The notes: a model not told the origin generated them from the letters alone. DNA of 63,946 nucleotides, filler included, from Lenisia limosa (GCA_001655205.1; 13 parts of 13 records of this genome joined end to end with filler, not necessarily neighbours in it), one strand, 5' to 3'. Shown: positions 49,601-61,130, counted from the whole stretch's first letter. Numbers and translations: made by a program.

Positions 49601-51850
49601 TGTGGAGCCTCTTTTCTAAGAATATAAGCTTTGTTAAAAAAAAAACAATCATCGAGCCGCCCCTCACGCATTGCAGGACATATTTGCTCTAGAAGCTAAG
49701 CATCGTGCCGAAACCAACATGCTGAGCCTCATCAGCACTATCCTCGAGCCCTTGAATGTTGACGTAAGCGTTGTCAAGACAAAAAAAATAATATTTTGCA
49801 TTTATTTCCTGAAATCATTATGTATTATGTGCCTTCATGCTGTTTTTTTATTTATGGAGGTTTCCTCTTTTGGTAGTTAGTTACCATATTAGGATGTGAA
49901 CATGTGGCTTTGCGATGTGTTCAAGTGTCCGATGTTGAGAGTAGCCAATTTGGGCCTGGCGGTGTGGGAAGCGTCACAGGGCATCCCGTCTGTGGTTCAT
50001 GCTTTCTTGACACATCTACAGGAGGTGGGGGAGGGGTAGCTCAAATTTTAAGCTAATAGATGCAGGATTTCAAAATTATTGATCACAAACCACATAAATT
50101 TCCTTTGACCCTCCCTCCCTGCAGAAAGGAGCTTTGGAATTCTCATCTGGCCGCATATGGACATGGGACATAGACGTTGTTAACGATCTTCGGATCAAGT
50201 GGTGCGCTGAAGGCACTGNNNNNNNNNNNNNNNNNNNNNNNNNNNNNNNNNNNNNNNNNNNNNNNNNNNNNNNNNNNNNNNNNNNNNNNNNNNNNNNNNN
50301 NNNNNNAAGGGGAATAGCTAATTTGGCGACTGGACATGATTTTGGACCTTGAGCATATAGCTACGCTTATTTGGAGTAGGTAGGGTAGGGTAGAGGCAAA
50401 ACCCAGTGTATACAGTGACCGGGATAAGTCTTGACCGGTTTGCTGTGTGTGTGATTTCCCAAGGAAAATGGTCAAGACTTATCCCGGTCCCTGTATAAAA
50501 TGTATATAAGGAGGTGTAGGGGGGTGGATGATTAGGAGTTGTCATGTCACCCTCTATTGGGACCCTATTAAACCTTCTGGAACCTGGTGTGATGGGATGC
50601 GGTGCTGCAATAAGTGACTGGCCTGGGCTTTGTTTGTTTTGTTATCAACCCTTGTGTGATGGCAGCCAACATAGTTGATTTGGGCTTTTTTTGTTTCATA
50701 AAATTTCCATCTTTACTCCCCCCACCCCTCAGATGACGCGTACGATCAGCAATCTTGACCCAGTGTCTATCTCCATTCTGGCGGCGTTGAGCGGGGCTGG
50801 CGTGGCTCTCCCAATGAAGACTTTGATGTACGTCTGCGGCGCGACTTTTGAGCAGGTTCAAACTGCTCTCTTTGTGGGCGGGGGATGATGTTCTTCAATA
50901 GCTCTAAGAATCTACATGTATATGTGGATAGTATTGACGAGTGACTTGTGATGTGATATGTAGTTAAAACAAAAACACAATTTAGCTGCAAAAGTGTGGT
51001 GAACATCGCTTTTATCGAGATATGGCACAAGAAATATTGAACAACCTCGGGTGTCAATGTAAATGACACCCATAAACAAAGAACTATCATATCCAAAAAA
51101 AATGGTGATACATTTCACCTTACCACAGTATCACACAGAAGGAAGATTATTTTTTGTGCAATGAAGAAGAATAAAAGTAGAAAAATTGTATTTTTATGAA
51201 CTGAATTCAATACGACAAGTTCGTATTTTGCAGCTACTTCCGGTTTCCAAAAAAATGATGCGTCACAATCCCTGTTAATTTACTGATGTTTAGAGTCTGC
51301 GAGTACAAGGCCTGATTATTACTGAGGGACACATGCCTGACAAGATCCTCGATAGTGCCGTAATAGGGGGGGTATTAAGAGGGTAAGAAAAAAGACTGAA
51401 TTTCTAGAAAAATCCTCGAAAGCTATCAATATTTTACTGGATTATTTCAAACCGAAGTGAAGCCCGAGGTATAACTAGGATTATCCCAGATTTTGGGTCA
51501 AAATTCCAATCATAATCGCCAGGTTTTTGCGATCACGGGGAGTGGGGGGTCCTGGCTGACGAATCCTAACTTGTATTTGTTGTACAGATTTTGGCAATTT
51601 TTGAAACAAATAAAACGGTATTATGTCATCGTGTTTGGAGACCTGCTTTAACGCGCCTAGTTTTCTTCAGTACCAATTTCGCGGGCAACATCATGTGTCA
51701 GCAGTTGCTCAAAGTAGGCATCCTGTTTATTTTTTGTTTTGGGAGGGAATTGGAGAGCGAAAACATTTCTGCTGTCAAACACCTTATGGGCTCTTTTGTT
51801 TCAGAGAGCCATTTCTATCTTTTCGCCAATATTCTTCAGCGAAATTTCTT
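46650..51850 (+). CDS. STAND-class predicted ATPase (COG3899/AAA_16 plus helical domains), internal fragment
   Basis: Exons KTNGLVLVVKDLDHAHT | ..LLVVATHASLNNN | ..STILEPLNVD|DVNMWLCDVFKC..LAVWEASQGIPSVVHAFLTHLQE|KGALEFSSGRIWTWDIDVVN | ..TISNLDPVSISILAALS..TLMYVCG | GLII | YQFRGQHH are colinear with the LVIFLDDLQWAD / LLIGAYRDNE / L.PL..DVN.LI / TQGNPFF / W.WD / KL...Q.L..AA / YKFLHD pattern of this family. Confidence 0.75.
49320..49416. mobile_element. MITE family A copy with perfect 8-bp TSD
   Basis: ggtatatg at both 49312-49319 and 49417-49424; TIRs tagggcttcatttcggttcgaaaaagac / gtctttttcgaaccaaagtgaagcccta. Confidence 0.95.
50413..50493. mobile_element. MITE family B (Tc1/mariner-type)
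   Basis: TA-cagtgaccgggataagtcttgacc ... ggtcaagacttatcccggtccctg-TA. Further copies at 52435-52512, 54607-54684 and 58800-58875; half copy near 46346-46364. Confidence 0.9.
50589..50732 (+). repeat. Full-length family C element equal to a whole 144-nt intron
   Basis: GTgatgggatgcggtgctgcaataagtgactggcctgggctttgtttgttttgtt...cagccaacatagttgatttgggcttttttgtttcataaaatttccatctttactcccccacccctcAG. Removing it joins ..LLEPG|MTRTISNLDP.. in frame. Similar copies at 46650-46795 (+) and 60291-60429 (-). Confidence 0.85.
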
Positions 51851-52947
51851 TCGATTTACTCCCCCAGTACTAACTTCATGCCAATGTTNNNNNNNNNNNN
51901 NNNNNNNNNNNNNNNNNNNNNNNNNNNNNNNNTTAATTAATTAANNNNNNNNNNNNNNNNNNNNNNNNNNNNNNNNNNNNNNNNNNNNAAAACAATATTG
52001 CTTCCTCTCGACTTGTTTCATCCTTCTTTACTCCAGCACACCTTCCGAGCCTCTTTATCCCCGCCTTTTTGGCTTTCTTTTCCTTTTCCTTTACCTTTAC
52101 CTTACCTTCCACCCCCACTCTTTATGTTGTGTTTGTTTTTTGTTTTTATAAATTCCCCATTTTCCATAAATGTTCCAATTTTANNNNNNNNNNNNNNNNN
52201 NNNNNNNNNNNNNNNNNNNNNNNNNNNNNNNNNNNNNNNNNNNNNNNNNNNNNNNNNNNNNNNNNNNNNNNNNNNNNNNNNNNNNNNNNNNNNNNNNNNN
52301 NNNNNNNNNNNNNNNNNNNNNNNNNNNNNNNNNNNNNNNNNNNNNNNNNNNNNNCCCCCCAGCAAGGTTGGGGAGGGGGTCCTAAACTCTCTGCTGACTC
52401 CTTAACTCCATAACCTTCATTTCCCTTTTGTATACAGTGACCAGGATAAGTTTTGACCGATTTTCCTTGGGAAATTAGTAAAAAAATTGGTCAAGACTTA
52501 TCCCGGTCGCTGTACATGTGATACATATACAGGACAGTATGTTACGTAGAAGGGTATTTTTACTTTTTGGGCTTCACTTCGGTGTGGTAAAATATTAATA
52601 GTCTTCGAAGATTCATCGAGAAATTCTGTTTTTTTTTAAACCAAAGTGAAACCCCAGTTACTATGGTTCAGACGGGTAGGTGTGAGGCTTCACGTCGGTT
52701 CAGAATTAGACTGAACTTTTCTATAAATTTCGATATTTTACTGGACTTTTTCTTATTGGAGACAAGGAAGGGGGCAGTTTTACGTCTGGCAGTGTAATTT
52801 ATTCTCAATTCTATACTTCTTAAACTTGTCATATTATTTCGAACCTCACCTTCCNNNNNNNNNNNNNNNNNNNNNNNNNNNNNNNNNNNNNNNNNNNNNN
52901 NNNNNNNNNNNNNNNNNNNNNNNNNNNNNNNNNNNNNNNNNNNNNNG

Positions 52948-53462
52948 GCCGTTGCAGCTACCTTAAGCGGGACCGACAAGGAGGACGTCATGAAGGTACG
53001 AATGACTCAATGGACAATACGCGACACAACATGAGAAAGTTGATTATTGAGCTTAAACTTAATAATGTAAACGGAGGCTCTTTTGGGGGTTCCTAGTTCC
53101 CGGTTGTGTTTAATGCACTCAATCTTATCCGATTTTTTACCCCGGTCACAGGTCTTCGACAGTTGACACATCTTTTTTATAACACCTGAGCGAAGCCCTA
53201 GTTGTATTTTTTAAACCTGAGCAAAGCCCAAGTTGTATTCATACTTATTTTCATGAGACCAAAAGCTCACACCCCCAGGAAGCTCAAAATGCCTCCAAGG
53301 CAACAGCCAACCTTGTTGCTGCTGCAAAGGTACGGATTTGGAAATTATTGTTTTCTACTCTCTCTCTTCTCTCTCTCTCTCTTTTACACAATTCACCTTT
53401 ACTCCTCCCTCCCCCCTAGTCCTTCCATGCCAACAAGACCAGTGAGCAGCACAAGGCCGATC
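52948..53462 (+). CDS. Helical-bundle protein fragment, possibly talin/vinculin-like
   Basis: Exons AVAATLSGTDKEDVMK, TKSSHPQEAQNASKATANLVAAAK and SFHANKTSEQHKAD; family assignment rests on the ATANLVAAAK pattern only. Confidence 0.4.
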
Positions 53463-53562
53463 NNNNNNNNNNNNNNNNNNNNNNNNNNNNNNNNNNNNNN
53501 NNNNNNTTAATTAATTAANNNNNNNNNNNNNNNNNNNNNNNNNNNNNNNNNNNNNNNNNNNN

Positions 53563-55851
53563 GAGTCGAGTAAATCAAGGACATGTCGGTGGTCTCTGAG
53601 CGCGTCCCTGAGTGCAGACTCGAAATCCACAGAACCTTCCCCTGCTTTGTTAGAGCATGAAAACCACAACAGTCAAACAAAATCATTGATCAAAAACAAA
53701 ATTCCCATAATTGCAAACAGTACCGCAATACTATTATTAGGGGTAGTAATTGCACAGCGTCCCAGTAATCACCAACATAATTCCCAGATAAACTTCCAGA
53801 GTTCATACCAAACAGGGGAGACAGCCAATGTAGGCGAATGTCACGCATAATAGCGAGGCGCAGACGCGAAACAATCCCAAGGCTGGCCTTGTTTCGACGA
53901 TTCAGTCTAAATGCGTTAATTTCGTAGATAATTCATAAAACAATATTATAATTAGGTATAACTAATATCACGTATGAAGGTAGCAAGATTGAAAGGTGGG
54001 TGGGTTATCATTCACCTATAAGATTATCGGGTGATGGTGATGAACAACATGATTATAAGGTGATGATGGCGAAGAACATGATTATTAGTAAGGAGGGCTT
54101 CACTTCGGTTCAAAAATACTCGGGGAAAATATTGAGAAACATTCAGTCTTTTTTCAAACCGAAGTGAAGCCCTAATTATGAGTAACAGTCAACCGCCGGA
54201 TCTCTATGATCCAGTTTCAATTGAGACTTCACTGCAAAAAAAAAAAACAACAATCATATATAAATGTCTCGTATTGGGTGGTTGGTTGAGGACTTTTCCC
54301 ATAAGATGGCAAATTTATGAAACAAAACAACCACACCAACCGATGAAGCGTCCGTTGTGATTCGTAGTTGTCCTTCTTGCCAACAGTGAGGAATTGAACG
54401 TAGTCAATTCGGAGCTCGTGGCAGAACGGCCGTCTTTTAATGGCTTCCTGGGGGGGGGGGGGNNNNNNNNNNNNNNNNNNNNNNNNNNNNNNNNNNNNNN
54501 NNNNNNNNNNNNNNNNNTGGAAAATATGGATATTAAGTAAAACGAAGGAAATGGGGTAGGAGGATATCAATAGAGGTTTTGAGTCAAAATATCACTAGTT
54601 GGTTTACAGTGACCGCGATAAGTTTTGACCGATTTGCCATTTGATTTCCAATGGAAAATCGGTCAAGACATATCCCGATCACTGCACATATGATATGATA
54701 CAGTATAATACTATATCGATTAATGATATGGTAATTTATACTGGTCAACATACCAAAATAACAACTTGTGGATATGAGTAATTAATTTGGTTCAAAATAT
54801 CGAGTGTTTGGTCAATATACCGAGTATTTGGCGGCGATATTTGACTGCATTGTAGGGGACGAGTCGATAAACCACACACGAAGTCCAACAAGGATGTCCT
54901 GGAATGGTCAAAAATGGATGGATGGTGATGACAATGGTGGTTGACGACGATGATGGTGATGACGATGATGATGATGTTGTTTTTGATGATGATAATGGTG
55001 GTGGTGATGACGATGATAGCTTTGATGATGATGGTGCTGGTTTTGATGATGGTGGTTATCATCATCAAAACCAACACCATCATCATCATCGTCATCACCA
55101 TCATCGTCGTCACCACCACCATTTTCATCACCATCCAATCATGACCATTATCATCACCATCCAATATATGATATCCTGTGCAGCCCCAGCATACGGAATT
55201 AAAGAAGGACTTTTTGACGAAATCTGCAGGGGAAACTGAAGGGTCCGCAGCCCGGGCTCTGAGGGTATTCTCCCGACTCCGTACCACTGTGAACAGCAAA
55301 ACGGAAGATCCAACCTGAATCTTGAGATCGAATCTGTTTTGACAGCAAGGAAATCTAATATAAAATGGAATCTGTCGAAATTTCCTCCGTTCCTCCCCAT
55401 CCCCTACCAAAGCCACAGGCATGAGCACAACGAGTGAGCCGAAGTCGTTGACTGCATAGCAGTAGAGCAAAAGAAGGCCCATTGAGGCTGGTAAACCGTA
55501 CACCCCAGCCGCGAAATGCTGGGGAGGGGGGTGCAATTGGACAATTTTTGGAATTAAAAAAAAAAAAAAAGTTCAGAAATTAAGGATCAAAATTGAGAAA
55601 ATGAAATTTCCAGAAAGTTCCAGAATTTTCCAAATAAAGAAATACAGTAATAATAAAGAAAAAACAATGCAATTATTGAAATTCCAAAAGATTTAATGGA
55701 AATTTCGTTACGCAGAGTCTAAATTTTAAATAAAAAAATTGGCCTACGTTCAGAAGTGGCGTATAATAAGGCAAGTGGATCGCCACCCGAACAACGAGGG
55801 ACAAACACGCGAGAGTCACGAAGACAACAAATGCAACCTGGAGTGTTAAGC
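53563..55851 (-). CDS. Multi-pass membrane protein with possible RGS-like C-terminal region (fragment)
   Basis: Hydrophobic exons VAFVVFVTLACLSLVVRVAIHLPYY and HFAAGVYGLPASMGLLLLYCYAVNDFGSLVVLMPVAL, followed by DILVGLRVWFIDSSPTMQSNI, RRPFCHELRIDYVQFL and IVSRLRLAIMRDIRLHWLSPLF, loosely RGS-like. Confidence 0.45.
54093..54174. mobile_element. MITE family A copy (internally shortened)
   Basis: gagggcttcacttcggttcaaaaa ... tttttcaaaccgaagtgaagcccta. Other partial or diverged copies near 2565, 11383, 12700, 15390, 28822, 44422, 47810, 48709, 51388, 52567, 58010, 59883, 61460 and 63150. Confidence 0.85.
54920..55160. repeat. Intronic (GAT)n/(CAT)n low-complexity tract
   Basis: Imperfect trinucleotide runs, first gat-rich then cat-rich; similar tracts near 41540, 47150, 59005 and 61250. 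Confidence 0.85.
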
Positions 55852-56529
55852 TTGGTAATTTGTCAAATGGTATCCCTATATTTTTGTTTTTAAACAAAAA
55901 GTGTTAATAAGGGGAGTGAGTGTCACTATCACAACGCTATTTGTCTATGGTATCCCAATGTATCTTTGTTTCCCTAAATGTCTAATAAAATTAGTGTTAA
56001 TACGGGGGTGGAAATGAATGATTAGGTAGAACACAGGGGTTGAAAACAACAAAACAAACAAATCCCAGGCCAGTCNNNNNNNNNNNNNNNNNNNNNNNNN
56101 NNNNNNNNNNNNNNNNNNNTTAATTAATTAANNNNNNNNNNNNNNNNNNNNNNNNNNNNNNNNNNNNNNNNNNNNTCAGATGTAGGTGCTTCAGCGCACC
56201 GCATCTCATCACTACAGCGTAGGGGGGGAGAGATTATGGACAACTTATCAAACAAAATAAAAACCCCCCAAGGGATAATGGTCAATTTATGAAACCTGGT
56301 GAAATAGAGACGCACCTTTTCCTTGTGATATTTAGCACCCAATTTTGACCCCCCCCCCCGTTCTTAATTTAATTAACTAAAACNNNNNNNNNNNNNNNNN
56401 NNNNNNNNNNNNNNNNNNNNNNNNNNNNNNNNNNNNNNNNNNNNNNNNNNNNNNNNNNNNNNNNNNNNNNNNNNNNNNNNNNNAAACCCCAAAAAAACCC
56501 TCAAAACCCACTCCCCCGAAATCCCTCAA

Positions 56530-59500
56530 ACTTTAAGGTCTTCGTCCAAGTAAGCTGAATACTAAAAAAAAGTTAGACAGGAAGAGCCCTGAGAAATAAT
56601 GATTTTGTGATTAAACAGAAAAAATCCGTTGAAAAGAGTTTCACAGTTCATCAAAAATAGCTGACGAAGGTTGGACGAGAAAATATGAGAGAGAGCCAAA
56701 CCTTATTTCTAGTATTTTGTAATTAATGTTATGAAGAAAGAAATTGATAAAATTTGAAAGTGTCTGAAATAATGCTATCGTTCTTCCCAAGCAAACCTTC
56801 CCGTCCATAACCTCATCAGCAAGGTCCCAGAACGACAGACCTTCATTTTCAACAACAGCGATGAGTTGGAAGAGGGCAGATTCTGAGGGGAAGAAGTAAA
56901 AAAAAACAAAAACAACAAGGGTGGTCATCCAATATATCATATGATATATACATGTATATACTATTAGTTATCCCATGGGGGGGGGGGGTNNNNNNNNNNN
57001 NNNNNNNNNNNNNNNNNNNNNNNNNNNNNNNNNNNNNNNNNNNNNNNNNNNNNNNNNNNNNNNNNNNNNNNNNNNNNNNNNNNNNNNNNNNNNNNNNGCA
57101 TATATCCAAGATTTTAATTCTGATGTCACCCGATTAAGTTTTAAAACTATCAGAAATTCCTGATATTACTGATTTCCCATCGGTTATGGACAATTATATC
57201 GAAAATACTAAGAAACAAGTTTGAATATATGTATACTATGATAAAATATGTTTGAATGGAAAAACAAAATTTGTAAGGGGTATTTGTTGACCCCAAATTT
57301 TGATAATAAATATAATACTATATATCTCCATTGGGTCATAGGGTCTGAGGCCTGAAATCACGCTTTTAATCACGCTTTTTCATGGGGTAATGGGGTCAGG
57401 CCAAAAAAACTACTGATGTATTGAGTGACCGCCCTAACAGATCTAATTATTTTATGAGTCATATCACTTTTATTAACATTTTATGATGTCATATCACTTA
57501 TATGGCACCTCATATCCCTCGTGTGATAATTGACCGACAAGTCCCAATGATACTCTGACTCGTGATAAACCCTCGTGTTATCTTCGTTCATCATTTCGAC
57601 TCGAAAGTATATCACCCTTTTAGTGAAAGATTGTCTGAAATAATACACACACATAATATAAACCACGAATTGTAGTCTCTCAAGAATGCCAGTCATTGCA
57701 TATTGCCACACTCTCTTGTCTCAAATTCAGCCAGCTTGCTGATCAAATCATCATATACCCCACGTCTCAATGAAGATACGGTCGTTTCATGGTCATACTC
57801 CTCTTCCTCCGATTGTGGCGAGTCTGAGAATGGTGACAATATACTAATTATATCATAAAATAATAATACTAATAATAAAAAATCAGGAAAAATATTTAAA
57901 TTATGGTGATAATAATGTCAAATTATTGAGAATGGAAAAAGTTCGCCGACACTATTCCCATTTCTCAAATTCTGGAGACTGATGATAATGGTTATTTGCA
58001 ATATGCAAGTAGGGCTTCACTTCGGTTCAAAAAAAGACGGAATTTCTCGATAAATCCTCGAAAAATATCGATATTCCCATCTTTCATTTTACTTGACCCC
58101 CCCCCCCCCCNNNNNNNNNNNNNNNNNNNNNNNNNNNNNNNNNNNNNTCGGCCATGGAGGGGCCAGACCCTGTGGGGGGGGGGGTAAAATTGGAAAATTT
58201 CTGAAACAAAAAAGCCCAAAACAACTCTGTTGGCTGACAACAGACAAGGGTTGATAACAACAAAACACACAAAAAATAACAAGATATTTATAAAAAAGTC
58301 GAAAAAAAAGTCTCGCACAATCCCTCCAAGATGTAACAAGGAGTTATATTAGAAAAAAGTCTCGCACAATCCTCACCAATATACAAGAAAAAAAGACCTT
58401 GCAATCCCCCCCACTATTTGACAAGGAAGTTATACCCGAAAGACGTGAGGACGGCAGAATGTGCGGGAAGGCTGCCATTGCAGGAAGGTGGTCGTCTTCT
58501 TCTGTTTCTAAAACTGCAGGGGAGTGAAACGAATCTTGATGTCATATCATATCAATAAACCCTCGATAAAAACTCGATAAAACCTCGATAATATAACAAA
58601 TACAATCTCACACAGACCTTCGAGTGACTCATTGTACTTCTGCACGACGTTTAAGAGGCGTAAACGCGTGTTATTGTGCTGGCGTATGAGACAGAACCTG
58701 AGGGAGTTATTCATATTTATAGATTATAACCAAGGGAGGGGAAAACAAAGAAAATTTCGATGAAGAAACTGGTGTAAAGGTACTAAGGGGGATTGTATAC
58801 AGTGACCGTGATAAGTCTTGACCAATTTAGCGTGATATCTCAGGTAAAGTCGGTCAAGACTTATCCCGGTCACTGCCCCCCCCCCCTTATTACACACCGC
58901 CCACTTGACGGGAGAGCTTTCCGCATCGAGTGCAAAAAGAGCCTGGATAATTCGGTCCTGGTCCCTCCTGACAACCGCGTTTTCAAGCTGGCCAAAGAGC
59001 TAGGGGTTGATGATGATGATGATGATGGTGACGGTGATGTTGATGTTGATGATTGTGATGATGGTAATGGTGTATGAAGAAGAAGAAGAAGAAGATGATG
59101 ATGGTGATGATTATGATAACACCCCCCCCCCCCAAACAGTTTCCGTATACGACTCAATAATTTTGTCAACTTCTGAGAAAATCTAAAAGGTAAATTCCCA
59201 AATATAAACACTGTTTTTGAGGAAACTAATTGCCAGAATGTAAACTGAAAATAGGTTCGTTCCCATTACAGTGTATATCCCATCATATTTCTAAAAAAGT
59301 ATTGTTTACTAATTAACAAAATTCGAAAGAAGCATATTTGAAATGTTCCTATCTCAATATGTCACACAGGACTTCACTTCAGAAAGATAGTAATTGTCCG
59401 TACCATTTTTTGAGACTTGTTGATCAATTATTACTGTGGTATCATGTCGAAACATTGAAAAATGTTCATATGTGTGAAAACGACCCAAAATTGATATGCT

Positions 59501-61130
59501 TACCCATATCCACTAGTGATATGATCATCTGACCGACTTTTAAGTCGAAATGATGAACGAAGATAACACGAGGGTTCATCCCGAGTGTANNNNNNNNNNG
59601 AGTACAGCGTGAAAAATGTTTACACTTGGGAAAATGACCCGAAAAGTGATATGATACCTCATATCCAATAATAGCTCTCAAAATAAATAAAAAAACATAT
59701 CAATTCCCACCGTTTGAAAGAAGGCAGCCTTGAGGCTTTTTTCCAAGGCTATTCTCTTCCGATAAATGCGAATTACTCCCTCGGTGTTTCCCTAATCAAG
59801 TAACATAGTGAAATGTTACTACTACACGTTAGTGAAATGATGACCCCTAGTGAAATAATATACATTAGTGAAAACCCAAATATAGGGCTTCACTTCGGTT
59901 CGAAAAAAGACAAAATTTCTCGATTGATATTTTAAAGATCCTTTTCGGACCGCAGTTGGCTTAGCAAAAACAACAGGAGAGAAGCCACGAACACTACCAA
60001 CAACCCCATCATCATCATCATCAATATCACTAACAACCCCATAATCATCATCATCAATATCACTAACAACCCCATCATCATCATCATCATTATCACTAAC
60101 AACCCCATAATCATCATCATCAATATCACTAACAACCCCATCGTCATCATCATCAATATCACCAACAACCCCATCATCATCATCATCAATATCACCAACA
60201 ACCCCAACCTCGTCAGCAAAAGCAGAGGCTGCAGAAGGTAAACCAAGCACATTCCGGAAGCGGTCCAACATTCGATACAGTCGTCTGTGTCTGAGGGGAA
60301 GAGAGTAAAATTGGAAAATTTATGATGCAAAAACAAAGAGCAAAAATCAACACTGTTGGCCACAAACACACAAGGGTTAAGAACAACAAAACAAAAAAGC
60401 CCAGTTGCATCTGTAGCACTGCATCCCACCCCTGCAGCGTATGGATCATTGTCACCCGTGTGAACTATTATTTCCACACACTGATATGATCGCCCCCCAG
60501 TGTTACACCCCTCGCCACGGACCGTTCAGCCCGGTTATCGCGTTCAATGTCGTCAAGCCATATTTTCCGGGCTAAATCAAAGGAACCTGGGGGGGGGGGG
60601 GGGNNNNNNNNNNNNNNNNNNNNNNNNNNNNNNNNNNNNNNNNNNNNNNNNNNNNNNNNNNNNNNNNNNNNNNNNNNNNNNNNNNNNNNNNNNNNNCAAA
60701 CAAAAAAAAGGCAGTTCTTACCCCCCTCTCCCCACCCTTAATATCCAAGCCAAGAGTGTCGAAAGCATCCTCAAAATCCTGGTTTAGTATCTGATCCTCG
60801 TGCATTCGAGTAGCCAATTCTACATTATTAAAAAGAATACTACACCCGATAAATGGCCATATCTATGCCCACTATCTAAGAAAATAAACAATAGAAATTT
60901 TAAAAACAATATAAATAATCAGAAAAATAATAATATCAACTTCATCAAAAGAAGAAGAAGAAAGCAACAACCGCAACATAAGAACAACAAGAACATGACA
61001 CCCTCCCACGAATAAGAGTATCGCGACAAGTAATAAACTCGTCTATGTGATCATTAACAAGAAGTTGCCTTTCATCGAGGTTGTCTTCAAGCCCCTAAAT
61101 TTAAGAAACAGCTGGGACATTCACCTCATC
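56530..61130 (-). CDS. Large hypothetical multi-exon gene (fragment)
   Basis: GT-AG exons GLEDNLDERQLLVNDHIDEFITC, ATRMHEDQILNQDFEDAFDTLGLDIK, GSFDLARKIWLDDIERDNRAE, DTDDCIECWTASGMCLVYLLQPLL, GNTEGVIRIYRKRIALEKSLKAAFLSN, LFGQLENAVVRRDQDRIIQALFALDAE, HNNTRLRLLNVVQKYNESLE and SALFQLIAVVENEGLSFWDLADEVMDGK. Confidence 0.45.
60001..60205. repeat. Intronic minisatellite, 33 bp unit
   Basis: caaccccatcatcatcatcatcaatatcactaa, about 6 copies. Confidence 0.9.

Noticed and set aside
54745-55536. Long ORFs rich in Asp, His or Met (up to 263 aa), and similar ones at 58793-59211 and 59822-60477
   Set aside because: Produced by (GAT/CAT)n tracts and a 33-bp minisatellite that lack stops in some frames; the real exons flanking them have their own splice sites.
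56175-56225. TGATGA...CTGA in family C and D sequences as box C/D snoRNAs
   Set aside because: Boxes are too close together or the D box is missing, with no terminal stem and no conservation of the boxes across copies.
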